Source: Gnetum montanum
Taxonomy: Eukaryota; Plantae; Gnetophyta
NCBI GenBank assembly: GCA_015680685.1
Contig: MNCI01000918.1
Location: 147,042-211,041, forward strand
DNA length: 64,000 nt
Reading direction: 5' to 3'
The notes beneath the pieces were generated by a model, which searched no databases, had not been told where the DNA came from, and saw nothing but the letters and a program-made list of their open reading frames with translations. Position numbers and translations under genes: made by a program. This document shows, one piece after another, positions 15,101 to 25,950 of the stretch (its first letter is position 1; each line of letters starts with the position of its first letter).

Positions 15101-17263
15101 ACAGTTTCAAGCTATAACTAAGGTAACCTTATAATAGATATGCTCTCAAGCACAATATTCGCAGTGAAGCCTAACAGTTCAGAGAGTAGATGTTATCTCA
15201 CGCTTGGCTCAGCAAAGGGCACACAATAGCTGAATTAAATTGTATAGCCATGGTGCAAAGGATATCTGGTTCTGCAGCTGCTATCACATCAGACACTGAG
15301 TATGCATTAACATGTATGGCCACAGGTTAGACACAAAAACAAATCAATAACCACAAAGATTATGCCCCAGATGCGTATGCCTTTTTGTCCAAACAGATCA
15401 TCAGCTGACATCCATGACTTTACCAAGCATTCCAATATGAAACTGACTGCTGCAACGGTTTTTAGAATTTCTTTATGAATAGCAGCAACAAACCTCTAAT
15501 ATATATCATATATGTAAACTTGATTGGGATTCACTCGTCAAAAACTTAATAAGTCAATCCTACACCAAGAAAACCAAAAACCCTAAAAATCATCAAAATG
15601 TTCAAACTTGAAACTTGACCTTCCTATACCAATGCAGATTTAAGGGAAGATAACAAAATTCAACAAAGGATAGTAGAAAGAACAGATGATATGATTTGCA
15701 AGAAATATCAAATGAAAGATAGGATGGGACACATAAATCTCCATAGAAGTTATTTTAGAAGTATGTTCTTTGACTTCTTTCAGTGTCAATTGTTAGCCAC
15801 GTAATATTAGCATATCACAGCATAGAAACACAAGCAAATAGCTACAAGAATACATTGTAATCCAAGTGGACCTGTATTATTTAGGGTTTTGATAAAAAGG
15901 GAAAATTGTGTTGTTTGGCTTCAGCACTGCTAGCAAGGTTGCTATTTAATTTATTAGAAGTATTAGAACACAAGACTTGCTAACTAATGAATTCATTAAA
16001 TGTTGCAAGTTGAACAAGAATGTAATATTGCTAACCAAATGTTAATCATATGGCCAAAAAAAGGCAAAGGAAAATCCGATATTAGCTTGCTTTTCTTTCC
16101 CATATTGTTTAATTTTATACAGAAGTGAATAATGAAACATTAAGTTCGCAAACCTGAGGTCTTTATGTATCCTACCAACACCTATCATTAACAAAGTGTA
16201 CTGAGACCGACCTTATAAAATTCACGTATAAATTTAGAGCATTAAGAGTGCCTTAATTTTGGTAAAAACATGAACAGCAAGACCAAATAACCATTCATTA
16301 GCGCATAAGCATTCGCTACAAATGAATCCATAAAAATAACGGATGTAAATGACTGTGAGTTGTTCCCAAGTGCGACTTGCTTTCAGTCAAATCCTACAAA
16401 GTACAAAACGAAATCTAAAGGAAATCGAAAAACTACCTGTAAGTCGAATTCTCGACTCCGCAATCGTTTCTCAAAAATCTGAGCCGATCAATACAATCAT
16501 CGACATCCCCCTTCTCCAATGCCTCCCTAAGCGCCTCCAAATGGGCCACCTGAGACTCCCGGGCCACAATAGCTCCCAACGGAAACTCATCAGATATCTG
16601 TCTGCTCTGCAATTGAATATTTTCACAAATATCATCAACAAGCCCGGGCTGAGAGACGGTCAATCTCCGCCAACATTCCACCTCATCCGGAGACAAAACA
16701 TCCCCGGCTTCAATAATCCCCAACCCCGACACAGCCTTCCTTAACCTCTGCAACCCCTGCTCAGCGGCAGAACCACACAAGCCCGCTAAAATCCGCCTAT
16801 ATATCCCGTCATCATCGTCCCGAAAGATCGGCGCCGCTTCATCTCTTAACCGATTCTGCATAAAATCCACCAGCAACAGAAACTCTGCCCTCGACTTCAC
16901 AAAATCCGCATCCAGACACCACGGAACGCCGGAATTCGCATCCCGAATCGTTTCGGATTTGTGGATGAGCTCCGTCAGGGCGAGGAATAGCAGTTGCGCG
17001 GAGGATTTGGTACGGCTGGACCAGGCCACGGTGCCGTCCAAGATGCCGCCCTTCTCAACCACAGCTTGCAAAACGGCAACGGCCAACTGAGGATTTTTCT
17101 TCTCCAAGCACCGTAGCGTGGCTCTGAAAGTCTCAAACTGCGCAAGATACAAGTAATTAACGCTCGCTTTCAGCAGTGCCTGTTGTTCTTTGTCCATGAG
17201 TCCGCCGCTGCCGCTGCTTGTTGAAGCGGATCCTGATGATTCTGAAGCTTCTACTTCCGCCAT
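66..17263 (-). CDS. SPG15: Spastizin (SPG15/ZFYVE26-like, AP-5 associated) homologue; 5' 19 coding exons, gene continues beyond the left edge
   Basis: 19 exons join in frame with canonical GT-AG sites and consistent phases. Peptides (MDKE..YLAQFETFRATL, LPLVAAMGWDLL, VLFDVVP.IKFQDA, WQWRLSVLQRLLP, EDAHMGKRQFLSGKLHNL, DGTDTTHDFNFF, FPTLNRWIQMQANLHR, WENEAPYE) match my recollection of the plant ZFYVE26/spastizin family (Arabidopsis At2g25730-like). Not database-checked. Confidence 0.9.
219..309 (-). CDS. SPG15: Spastizin exon 18
   Basis: tttcag|G NLHCWELEAAIDVLTMCSCHL...LRPE|gtatgt. Confidence 0.88.
733..960 (-). CDS. SPG15: Spastizin exon 17
   Basis: ttgcag|G LISESKLLDALALSDR...AAILAL AA|gtaaga. 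Confidence 0.88.
1058..1414 (-). CDS. SPG15: Spastizin exon 16
   Basis: gccag|A FPTLNRWIQMQ...WENEAPYEETVE AG|gttttt. Confidence 0.87.
1528..1994 (-). CDS. SPG15: Spastizin exon 15
   Basis: ttttag|VLTRLVFERG...FYEFALEQSE CG|gtaaaa. Confidence 0.88.
3412..3761 (-). CDS. SPG15: Spastizin exon 14
   Basis: ggtag|GC KLHNLVKAI...HDFNFFTLVYEWPND|gtaagt. Confidence 0.88.
3784..3875. repeat. ~45-bp tandem duplication in intron 13
   Basis: aacaagagtgaa.aagcaaattatccacagaaacatatag.atcaaa occurs twice. Confidence 0.85.
3883..4036 (-). CDS. SPG15: Spastizin exon 13
   Basis: tttttag|CTTCSLQSLLTGD...EDAHMGKRQFLS G|gtaacc (alternative in-frame acceptor 21 nt inside). Confidence 0.83.
4655..4795 (+). mobile_element. 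tRNA-derived SINE (Au-like), copy 1
   Basis: Homologous to 14778-14938; A-box-like TGATGGTAA, B-box-like GTTCAAGTC; body aggttaggct...accttccc.ggacc...caggtgatga resembles plant Au SINEs from memory. Confidence 0.6.
4798..6197 (-). mobile_element. RTE-clade LINE, degenerate RT region and 3' end
   Basis: Minus-strand remnants TMKLWE, HMIFIDLE, MLFVDDIVL, LKGKLYKIAIRLMIFYGAEC, RPKYTW; 3' end TAGTTGGGATAAGGCTAG-(GAT)n typical of plant RTEs. Confidence 0.85.
6198..8500 (+). mobile_element. LTR-retrotransposon fragment: LTR-like segment (6198-6710) plus frameshifted env-like/plant transposon accessory ORF (~7187-8450)
   Basis: TGATG...CATCA bounded segment with TATAAATA; ORF remnants TFVGGIPVPISTWAISRAPGFP and MYKIITHNFLPTK resemble Athila env-like accessory proteins; right boundary unclear. 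Confidence 0.55.
8902..9039 (-). CDS. SPG15: Spastizin exon 12
   Basis: aacag|ARTLLSDV...QRLLDFLEQ|gtatgt. Confidence 0.87.
9175..9246 (-). CDS. SPG15: Spastizin exon 11
   Basis: tttcag|ALLCTDIALTSARSIEMSKKLIDQ|gtaaca. Confidence 0.85.
9336..9434 (-). CDS. SPG15: Spastizin exon 10
   Basis: gacag|IEDEMSRVAEG...IGSLAT|gtaagc. Confidence 0.85.
9657..9780 (-). CDS. SPG15: Spastizin exon 9
   Basis: ttacag|A CMQREQFDIGKEALHRF...EWVDGAFTRAR|gtatga. Confidence 0.88.
10245..10612 (-). CDS. SPG15: Spastizin exon 8
   Basis: ctgcag|LFMLCIIISLLHMD...LRAAPSRLLN TT|gtaaga. Confidence 0.88.
11741..11918 (-). CDS. SPG15: Spastizin exon 7
   Basis: tatag|G MQDVELLHMHY...PPRK|gtaatt. Confidence 0.88.
12031..12125 (-). 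CDS. SPG15: Spastizin exon 6
   Basis: ttgtag|VLFDVVPEIKFQDAVELV...AAWC AG|gtaggt. Confidence 0.88.
12421..13200. repeat. ~400-bp tandem duplication including the 3' part of exon 5 and its donor
   Basis: 12421-12797 aligns to 12817-13200 along its length. Confidence 0.92.
13107..13328 (-). CDS. SPG15: Spastizin exon 5
   Basis: gtgcag|MSCIYHHCDNLCYRLELAYF...QTPLR|gtaagt. Confidence 0.88.
13442..13609 (-). CDS. SPG15: Spastizin exon 4
   Basis: cag|ILALFPSLLPLVAAMGWDLL...QGDE|gtttga. Confidence 0.88.
13793..14074 (-). CDS. SPG15: Spastizin exon 3
   Basis: ttgcag|TILDDIIREE...IQEASD|gtatgc. Confidence 0.85.
14353..14497 (-). CDS. SPG15: Spastizin exon 2 (not in ORF track)
   Basis: tttgcag|G CTT ACC...GTT GAG|gtatga; LTISDLIKKIKSESCFLGSSWVQSRERMLKIY. 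Confidence 0.85.
14778..14938 (+). mobile_element. tRNA-derived SINE (Au-like), copy 2
   Basis: TAGTGATGGTAAG A-box-like, GGTTTGAGCC B-box-like; body homologous to 4655-4795. Confidence 0.62.
16437..17263 (-). CDS. SPG15: Spastizin exon 1
   Basis: ATG at 17263 (second ATG, MDKE, at 17197); donor AG|GTAGTT; GC/CpG-rich; phase 2. Confidence 0.88.
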
Positions 17264-17833
17264 GGAAGAAAGGTCGGATGGATATGTGGATGATGCGTTT
17301 TGTATTCCTTACGGCTGTGAAGGAACTACGCTGAAAATTGAAACAAATTCGAAGCTGTTGTTTCTGCAAAAACTCTTTTCATCATCTCTGGAATGTAATG
17401 GAGACTTTCGCAGATGATATCAGCAAATATGCTGCCTTTTACTGGTTCAGACAATTCCGCTTGGTTGCCGTCCACTGAAAGTTTTAGACACATTCGTGGA
17501 TGAAGAAAGCAGGCGCTTGGTTACTGTTTAGTCGACTTTTGAATTTAGCGCATAAATTAGAGTGCCAGCTAAATATAGTAGGGAGTACTTTTGCAACAAC
17601 TTTTCGCGGAAGTATAAACGGCTGCTGTAATTTTCACCTCTGAGGTGCTTGGTGGTATTCAACTTGCAATGTTCAAGGTTTGTAACCTGTTTTTGTTTTC
17701 GTGCAGGTTTTTTGCCCCTTCCCTAAGGTCTTTTATGTTTTAACGGCATGTTTCTCGTTTTAGCTTTAATACAAATTAATGAGCTCGTGAGCATCGTTCT
17801 CGTTGATTTGCATGACTTTTTGCACCTTCCCAT

Positions 17834-17895
17834 CAAATATCCGCTTTGAGTTAACCAGGAGACTCAAATATCCGCTTTGAGTTAACCAGGAGACC
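17834..17895. repeat. 31-bp tandem duplication upstream of the gene
   Basis: caaatatccgctttgagttaaccaggagac x2. Confidence 0.85.
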
Positions 17896-19803
17896 CAAAA
17901 CCCTTTACGATTTCTTACACATGGGCAGGACAAGGAGAGTCGCTATGACCGTATGTATACTTCAAAAACATATATTCAACATAATATATTAACAAATTAT
18001 AAAGCGACGGAGTTTCAGTGGGTATTGGAACCTCAAATAAGTTTAACATAGGTATACTTTAAGATTTATATAAGTTTATAACTGAGTACTACCTAGTAGA
18101 ATTGAACCTATAATCTAAGGTTGCTAGATCAAAACTTAACTAGTACCACTAGGTTAATACCTTTAGTATTTTCATTGTGATTTGAATTTGTATTTTTTGT
18201 TTTCTAACTATGTATCCTTTCATCATTGCAATGGGCTTTCTTTTACCTAAAATGCATTGCAATCTTTAAAAGAATATCATTGAGATGATTAAGGTATACA
18301 ACCACTTACCATAACAATCAACTCATATTTAGTATTAACAAATGACAAAGAAAAGTCAATGGCCGCATAGCTCAATTGAGAAGTTCATTCTTTTGGAGAA
18401 GGATTTTCTTTTGCAAACTATATATTTGAAGTTTTGCGGATCTCTAAGATTTCACTAACAAAACTAATTTCTATAGAATTATCACTCCTCCGTGGGGGAT
18501 TCTAAATCACTCTTAACTTATTAGATTGATACTGAAATTTTCACTTCTTATTTTATCATTCTGAAATTTTCTATTAATTTTCAAGATGTAAATTTACTTA
18601 GTGAAAAGCAATAATTTGTAATGCTTTCTTCTAGTGATGTTGATGCAAATAAGAGGTTTGATTTTATTATTCTCAATGATGTATAAGTCATTGGTTACTA
18701 ATCTTACCTCACAATATTTCCTTGTTCAAATTTTGGGCAACTTGTCTTGTAATCAACATTTCATTTGGTACCTAAATGATGTGATACAAAAACATAACAT
18801 TTAAGTCATTCATACCATGTACTATTCTTATTTTTTGCTTTTAGTTATCGTCCAACTTGGCCTAAATATAATTGTCTTGATATGAACACCAAATTCTAAT
18901 ATCCAATTTGAAGAATATTCTAAAGTTCCATTTTTGGTCAATCTATTTAGTCCTTGGTAGATTTTTTAAAGAGCCAACAAATTGTTCCATGCACTTTTTT
19001 AAAAAAAATATATATTTTTATTAAATATTCGATTGCATTATCTATCCTTGGAACATGACTCCATGTTAGCATGGAGAGTGCTAATACTAGGATTCAAACC
19101 AATACATTTGAGATGTAAAGCATGTAAGCCAACTAGTTGAACTACAACTTGGGCTTTAGAAATTAATCAAAGATTTGGTATTGCAAGTAAGAGAAATTAC
19201 ATTAAACTAATTATGTACGCTTTTGACCAATTGACTTTGCTCTTTTTATATTACAATTTTGCTTTATTAAAAATTAAATTCATGATAATTGTTTTAAATT
19301 TTATTTTGCAAAAAAATTAATTTCATTTAACCTTTCATTCAAATTCGTTTTAACCTTCACAAAGTGTTCTTGCATTTTTGAGTCTCACGTGGTATACCGT
19401 ACAATAAAACGAGAGACGTTCAACATTACAAAGTTGCGAATGCTGACACTAAAACGAAGAGACGCATGACACACGCAAAGGAGGATGTTGTGTGGTGATT
19501 GTGTGATTTTGTACAATGTGCAAACCTGCGCATTTCTAAACCGTACCTCTGGTCCTCTAGAGAAAAACAGAAAAATTCACCACCTACCACGTAGAATATT
19601 CGCACAAATTCATCCCTGTGCACAAGCAAGAGCATTGTGTGATTGATAGAACACTACACATCAACGCCTGTGAAGTTGTTCTAAGAGATCCATTTTTTCG
19701 CTTAATTTTTAAAATCTTCATTTCTATATACATAGTATTTCTTTTTCTTTTTTAGGCATAAGCAAGGGAAGGCAAGGTGCAACAAATTCTTTCTACTCCA
19801 TCA

Positions 19804-19889
19804 TTCTTTAAAACATCCTAAGATTCCTCTATTTTTAATCTAATTTTCTTTAAAACATCCTAAGATTCCTCTATTTTTAATCTAATTTA
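19804..19889. repeat. ~42-bp tandem duplication
   Basis: ttctttaaaacatcctaagattcctctatttttaatctaattt x2. Confidence 0.85.
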
Positions 19890-22242
19890 CATATTTTCAA
19901 AGATTAGAATCTTGATTTCTCCATTTTTCTCCCTTTATTTAGTAAATACTTTCTACCTTTCCAATTCTTTCATTTGGTTTCTAGGTAAATACTTTTCTCT
20001 CTTTCTTTTACAAAAATAGTACCATGTATGCGGAAAATAGGATTTTCAATGGTATTATGTATTACAAAACAGATAGTGCTATGGTTATTTTTTATTAAAA
20101 AATACATTTCCTAAAGAAAATTCAAGGTTAAAATTTGCAAGAGATCAACTATTATAAATTGCTTTTACAAAAAATTTCACTGTAATTATTTAATGGTATA
20201 TATGTAAAGTGCAACTTTTTTCCTCAGCATCACTTAAACTTGATTTCTCTTCATTTATGAATCTTTCAAAGACCTTTCTTAGTAGAGATAATTGATACAA
20301 CTATATGCTTTTTGCACCAATTCAAAGATGTATATTCACATGTTTGTTCATACTTTTTGTAGTTCCTTAAAAATATTGTTTTGTGTACATGTGTTTGAAA
20401 AATTTTCACAATTACTTTATAAAGTGTTGTTTTGTTGTAATTTAAATCTGCCAATAATTTAATTTAAAGGACATTACTTCCATCAAACTCTGTAGTGTAC
20501 TTGCTAAACCTAGTTTAAGTCTTATGTAAAATATTTGTTTGGCATACCAGTTGAGCCTCATTGGCATTGGTTCCATCCAAATCAATTGTTGTATTTATAG
20601 GTCACACTAGATAATTGCCAATCTTATCAATGTGCTATGCAATAACAAGAGCACTAAATACAAATGACACATCCAATTCTAGTCAAATTTTGTTTATGCT
20701 TGCTTTCCATTTTATAGAGTGGCCTTCTATCAAGTTCACTAAAAATCTTTTACTTACACCATCAATGAAATTACTACATCCCAAATTTTACAAATGTTAT
20801 CCAAATTGTGCTTTTCAAAGCATCTTTTGATTTTTCTACTTTCTTACACTCACATTAATTATCATATTATCATGAAATATAATTTTTTGTTGTAAAATTT
20901 TCACTTTTTCAAGTGCATGTTTAAGTAGTTTTCTATGGGTAAAAACCAAATGATTACTTATAACAAGAGTAATGCAGTTCAAAGACAAAAAATCTTAACT
21001 CAATTTGAATGAAGGCTTAACAATGGCTAGAACAACAAAAAGATTTCGGTATCCTAGCTTTATTATTTGAAGTATTGCTTCAGCATGTTAAAAACATAGA
21101 ACAATATCTTGCAACTGAAGAGATGGCAACAAATTTCCTATCTTAAGTATTAAGAACATCAATTGGATTACTTATCAAATAGATGAAAATATTAAACTAA
21201 GCATAAAGGAACTTCATAAAAAACTACAATAAGCATTTCAACTTTAACTCTCTATCTCAATTTTAGTAGTTTCTAGAGTAGTTCATGAACAAGCAAGCTA
21301 TAACTTGAAACATTTGAGATATGAACTATAAGATTATAATACTATCACAACTTAAAAAATTACATATGTTTAATTATTTAATTTAATACATGTGATTAAG
21401 TCTTTAATATTGTCAAATGCGTTTCAATAGATTAGCTCTAATTTTCTTGGCTAAATCATAGGATTGTATTATTATTGTCATTGTTATCGATATTCTTGTT
21501 GTTCATAAGTGAATGAAATCTTCTTGTTGGGGTAATTTGTTAAAGTTTTGCATTATTTGTTTTACTATTATTGGAGCTCAATCATAGATCTTCTAAATAT
21601 TTTATAATTACACGTTGAAATCTAATTACCCCTTGAAGTTTTTGTTTTTGTTAGTTAGCATGCCTTTATAAGTATTGGATATGCATTTTTTATTCTTTAT
21701 GCACATTCAATTATGTATATTTAATATTTGTTATTTAGATTTAGGTATGCACATTTATTTTTTACTATGCTCATTTAGTTATGCATCTTTTATTTTATTA
21801 TGCACATGTTATCATATAATACTTTAATCATGGAGCAATGTTAGATCCTATCCATACCTAGACTATATTTCGAATTACTTGTTACTATTGAATTGAAATT
21901 CAGAATTCATTTCTAATTATAACTAAATATTGCATAAATCAATTTTTGTTAAGGAAGTACTTTAGGATGATGTCCTACCTAGGATCTAGAATTACCAATG
22001 TGTTTGAGATGTTCAAAAACATTGGTTTTGAACCTTTGTTCACTATAATTGAATTTATAGTTTTCAAGATATCACATTTTTAGTTTGTTAAAAATCTTGT
22101 AAAAGTTTTAGTATTTGAATTGGGTGACTATGATAAATAAAGCTCAAATATCATTTTGGCACAAGGTCATGTAGTATACTGATAAAGATCCCATAGCTTT
22201 GAACAAAATTTGATTTGGGATTTGTATGTGGCTAATACATAT

Positions 22243-22990
22243 TGATGAGTGGCGAGGTACACTCAACCATACGAAACGAGCGTAGCATGTGCGATCCGGT
22301 CGAACTCCGCAGACTAAATGCCTAAACGCCCCATGGAACACTTGGGGTTAATCGTTCGTTGTCTTCCCANNNNNNNNNNNNNNNNNNNNNNNNNNNNNNN
22401 NNNNNNNNNNNNNNNNNNNNNNNNNNNNNNNNNNNNNNNNNNNNNNNNNNNNNNNNNNNNNNNNNNNNNNNNNNNNNNNNNNNNNNNNNNNNNNNNNNNN
22501 NNNNNNNNNNNNNNNNNNNNNNNNNNNNNNNNNNNNNNNNNNNNNNNNNNNNNNNNNNNNNNNNNGAGAGAATTTAATCGCGATGAGTAGCCGATTCCTT
22601 GGTTAGCCGTACACATTCGTCAATGCTCGTAACCAAGTCGTACTCATGCCGCGTTACTAGGAAAGCAATAAATAACATTAAATAAACCTATCCATGTACT
22701 GCAAGGTTTATCCACAAAGTTCGTCTTTATTGCCGTACACAACTTGCGTTCAGGTACAAAGCTGCTCGAATAAAGAGCCGTTCACTTGGGGGACTCCTAC
22801 TGCGGGCACATGGAGAATATTCTATCTCTGGGGTGATCAATCCGTCAGAGCTTCGCTACTTCTAACTCTATATTGAAATGAGGGGAGTGCCGCCTCTTAT
22901 TTATAGATTTGGCGACGGACCGCGATATTGCGTACATGATATCGCAAGGGAAGACACGATATCGCGGCTTGTGCAAATCGCGTCTCATCA
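22243..22990 (-). mobile_element. Athila-type solo LTR (contains assembly gap 22370-22565)
   Basis: TGATG...CATCA termini; homologous to E1 LTRs; flanks catat/cgtat (TSD with one CpG-type change). The gap could hide more sequence. Confidence 0.8.
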
Positions 22991-23071
22991 CGTATGCCTA
23001 AACTTAGCAAGCATTAGTTGAGAGGAAAAAATGAAAATTGAACTTATAAAAAAGTACATAGCTAAAAAATT

Positions 23072-23419
23072 ACTAAAAATCAAAATTATAAGTAAGCAAT
23101 CACATGAAACGTGGTTCATAAGAAAAAGTATAGAAAAGAAAATGAATGTATGTTATAAGCATAACATACATGTGTTATGTACATATGTTTTTACACCACC
23201 ACCTATCTCCAATTTTTCTTTCATTGTCTTGTTTTTGCATCAAGTTTTTTAGTTTTAGAAATACAAACCATTTCTTACCTTGTTTCATTGTTTCCAAGTC
23301 ATTTTTAGTCAAATTTCTTTCATTTTGAGCCTATTTCTTTTGTTTTTGAACATGTACCAAGCTCGCATGTCAAGCTGCATGTGATTCTTCTACTTATAAA
23401 TAAATTGTGATCTTTAGTG
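23072..23419. repeat. Degenerate inverted repeat (MITE/foldback-like)
   Basis: ataagtaagcaatcacatg (~23088) versus reverse complement ataagtagaagaatcacatg (~23378-23397), with similar flanks. Confidence 0.4.
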
Positions 23420-24058
23420 TATCTCATTTTGGTTTGTAGAGGGCTCTTTGCGCATTAGTTTAAAGCCAAGTAAAAGCTGATTTTAGGCATCTTTGTAGGA
23501 AAGAAAGATAATAAGAAGATTTTGAAAGCCCTACAAGCATAGTAAGAAAGCTTATTTTACTTTCCTTCTCATGTAGATTTTCTATTCTTTCCTTCTACTT
23601 TTTGGTTTTTAATTTTTTTTGACAATTTTAATTATTATGCTAAGACTTTGTCAAATTTTCGTCAATTTGGACTTGTTTTTATATATAAATCTATATTTTT
23701 ATTTCATCCAAATCATTTTCCTGTCTTTTGATGAATTTTTGCAATACATGAAAACTTGCCTAACTTTTTTCTTAGATATTTTATGATTATTTTGGATCAC
23801 CTCTTGATAAACATAGGATTTTGTAAGAATTTTTGTGAAATTTTTCCTATGGTAGATTTTTTGTCTATTTTGGAAATTTTTTGGATTTTAAAAATAAAAT
23901 AATAATGTGTTATCTCTTTAGTGTACCTTGAATAAAATATTGTTATTTTTTTTCTAAGGATGATGCTTTATATATTCCTCCAATGACCTTTGCAGGATTT
24001 AACTATCTAAAACACTTAGTGCATAATAGCTAAAAGGTGTTCTTGGCAATGATGCCAA

Positions 24059-24956
24059 TGATGAGTAATAAGTAGTCCCCTATGCCTGACCATATGAAAC
24101 ACAAGTATGTTTGCGTGATTTGGTCGAATTCTATGGATCCCTTCTACCTAAGTGGCTTTTATCCTAAATAGTCAAAAATGAGGTTAGTGGTTGTTGTCTT
24201 CCTAATTATTACTTGTGTTAATTTTTTTTATATGACTAAGTGTATCGAGGTGTAAGATATTTGTATTTATAATTTTACTATGTTTATCTTTAAAAGTATT
24301 AAAAGCTAAAGTAATTGAAATATTAAACTTTTAACTAATTAGTGGAACTAAAGGNGAAGTAATTGAAATATTAAACTTTTAACTAATTAGTGGAACTAAA
24401 GGTAAGCTAAACTAATCTAAACGTAGAGTATCTATTCCTACTTCTCATATACATCCTAAACTTATACTAATGTTGAGTATTTACTACTGGGCATACTAAG
24501 TATTTACTACTAGGATTACCAAGTGTTAGTATATTATGCTGGAAGTTATCATACTCACATTACTACAAAATAAAATATTAAATTCTTAAGTGTAGAATAG
24601 TAAAGTGATTATAAGTAAATTGAATGCTAGCCCAAGTGCTACAATGGAGAGAAGAAATCTTGATTTTATCTTCATCATGCAAAAGTGTCTAGGTACATCT
24701 TACAGTCAAATAAAAATATGTACAATCAATTTAATCCATGTTGTGGCCACTCAGAGGAAAATTTCGCTATGTCCTATGAAAGAAAATCGTAAGAGCTTTA
24801 CTAGAGGAATAACCAAAGGTGTCATAAATGTAGTTGGTGTGTGCATTTACATAGGCTTAAGGAGAATTAGAGTCAACACATATGCCATGGGGATGCATTG
24901 ACATATTTGCGTCAATATACATGTATCGATGCGACCAACTTATCTATACTTCATCA
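24059..24956 (-). mobile_element. Athila-type LTR of old element B; PBS remnant on its left and PPT on its right
   Basis: TGATGAG...CATCA; left flank reads tggcatcattgccaagaac on minus (degenerate PBS); right flank taccctcatgactaa matches the PPT region of the other copies. Confidence 0.75.
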
Positions 24957-25950
24957 TACCCTCATGACTAATAGAAAACTTGTCCTTGAATGAATAACAG
25001 AAATGAGATCGAATTATTTACAAAACTTCAGGAGTATGAAACTAATAGACTCACTATAACAAATAGATAACTTTGAGGGCCATGCTTACATTTTATTTGT
25101 GTGGTTATAAAAAGTTGTACAAGATACAACAAATTTGGATAATTTGACAAAATTTTTAGGCATAGGCTCAATGAAGTGAAACACGACGAGATCTTTATAT
25201 CATGGGTGGAGGTGGAGGCTCATGTGATGCAAAGGACTCTTCATCATGTCCGTGCTCTACTAGAGGCCTTAGTTGTCTTCCTATTGCCAAAAATTGAAAG
25301 GTGTCTAGAAGTACCTTCATTTTCTCCTCCTTACCACATGGGTCATGGATGGTCCATGCGACTTCACCTAGATGGACTAGTGTTAGTATATCCCATGGGT
25401 AAGGCAATGTTGGAAACAACTCCTTCATTTTAACAAATCAATCTGCAAACTATTTACGTTCGATGTTGAACATATAGACAAAGTTTTTCAGCTCTTAGTA
25501 ATTACTCATTTTCCTAGTGAGGTTTTTAGGAATTGATTTTTGATATGTAAACTTGCTCTTAAGAATTTCAAGCTTTATGTTGGCTACTTTCAACTTTTGT
25601 TTTGTCTTTTTATGGAGCTTGAACTCTACCTCATAAAGGAGGTAGGAGCTGGCCACCTACTTTTTCAACCCTGATCTTGGCCTTTTCACTATTAACATTA
25701 TCAAGTTTGTGTAATAGAGATTGGCTAACTCCATGTACTTTGTCATCTCTTCAATCTACAATATCTTTAGGTGAATTTTAACTTGATTGTAAGCATGGAG
25801 GCCATCAAAAATAGGTTGACGTACATCACCTCTTTGTTGGAGTTGTTGAAGGGCCTCATTCATCTTTGCCTTTGCCATATGATTTCTTTCTCATTTACCT
25901 CCTTGAGCATTTTGACCTGATCTCCCTAATGATTCTTAACTCTTTTATAT
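24957..25950 (-). pseudogene. Element B: C-terminal part of degenerate env-like/coiled-coil accessory ORF
   Basis: Homologous to E4 59004-59780 (tatatcccatgg/PYPWD, ending ...PPPPMI*). Confidence 0.65.

Noticed and set aside
16349-17417. Plus-strand ORFs overlapping exon 1
   Set aside because: They are antisense shadows of a GC-rich coding exon with no independent signal.
18095-19150. tRNA genes (also ~2885-2925)
   Set aside because: Only decayed A/B-box-like remnants with no cloverleaf; at most old SINE heads.
19380-19700. Pol III telomerase RNA candidate (USE-like gtctcacgtgg, CTAAACCGT, terminal T6)
   Set aside because: The template mismatches CTAAACCCT, USE and TATA are poor, and there is no G-rich 5'/C-rich 3' closing stem.
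20260-22240. Possible DNA-transposon or LINE remnants
   Set aside because: Too degenerate; no motif I could assign with confidence.
22314-22616. ORFs spanning the N-run
   Set aside because: They are artefacts of the gap.
24308-24402. Direct repeat around n at 24355
   Set aside because: An exact duplication flanking a single n indicates a contig-overlap artefact.
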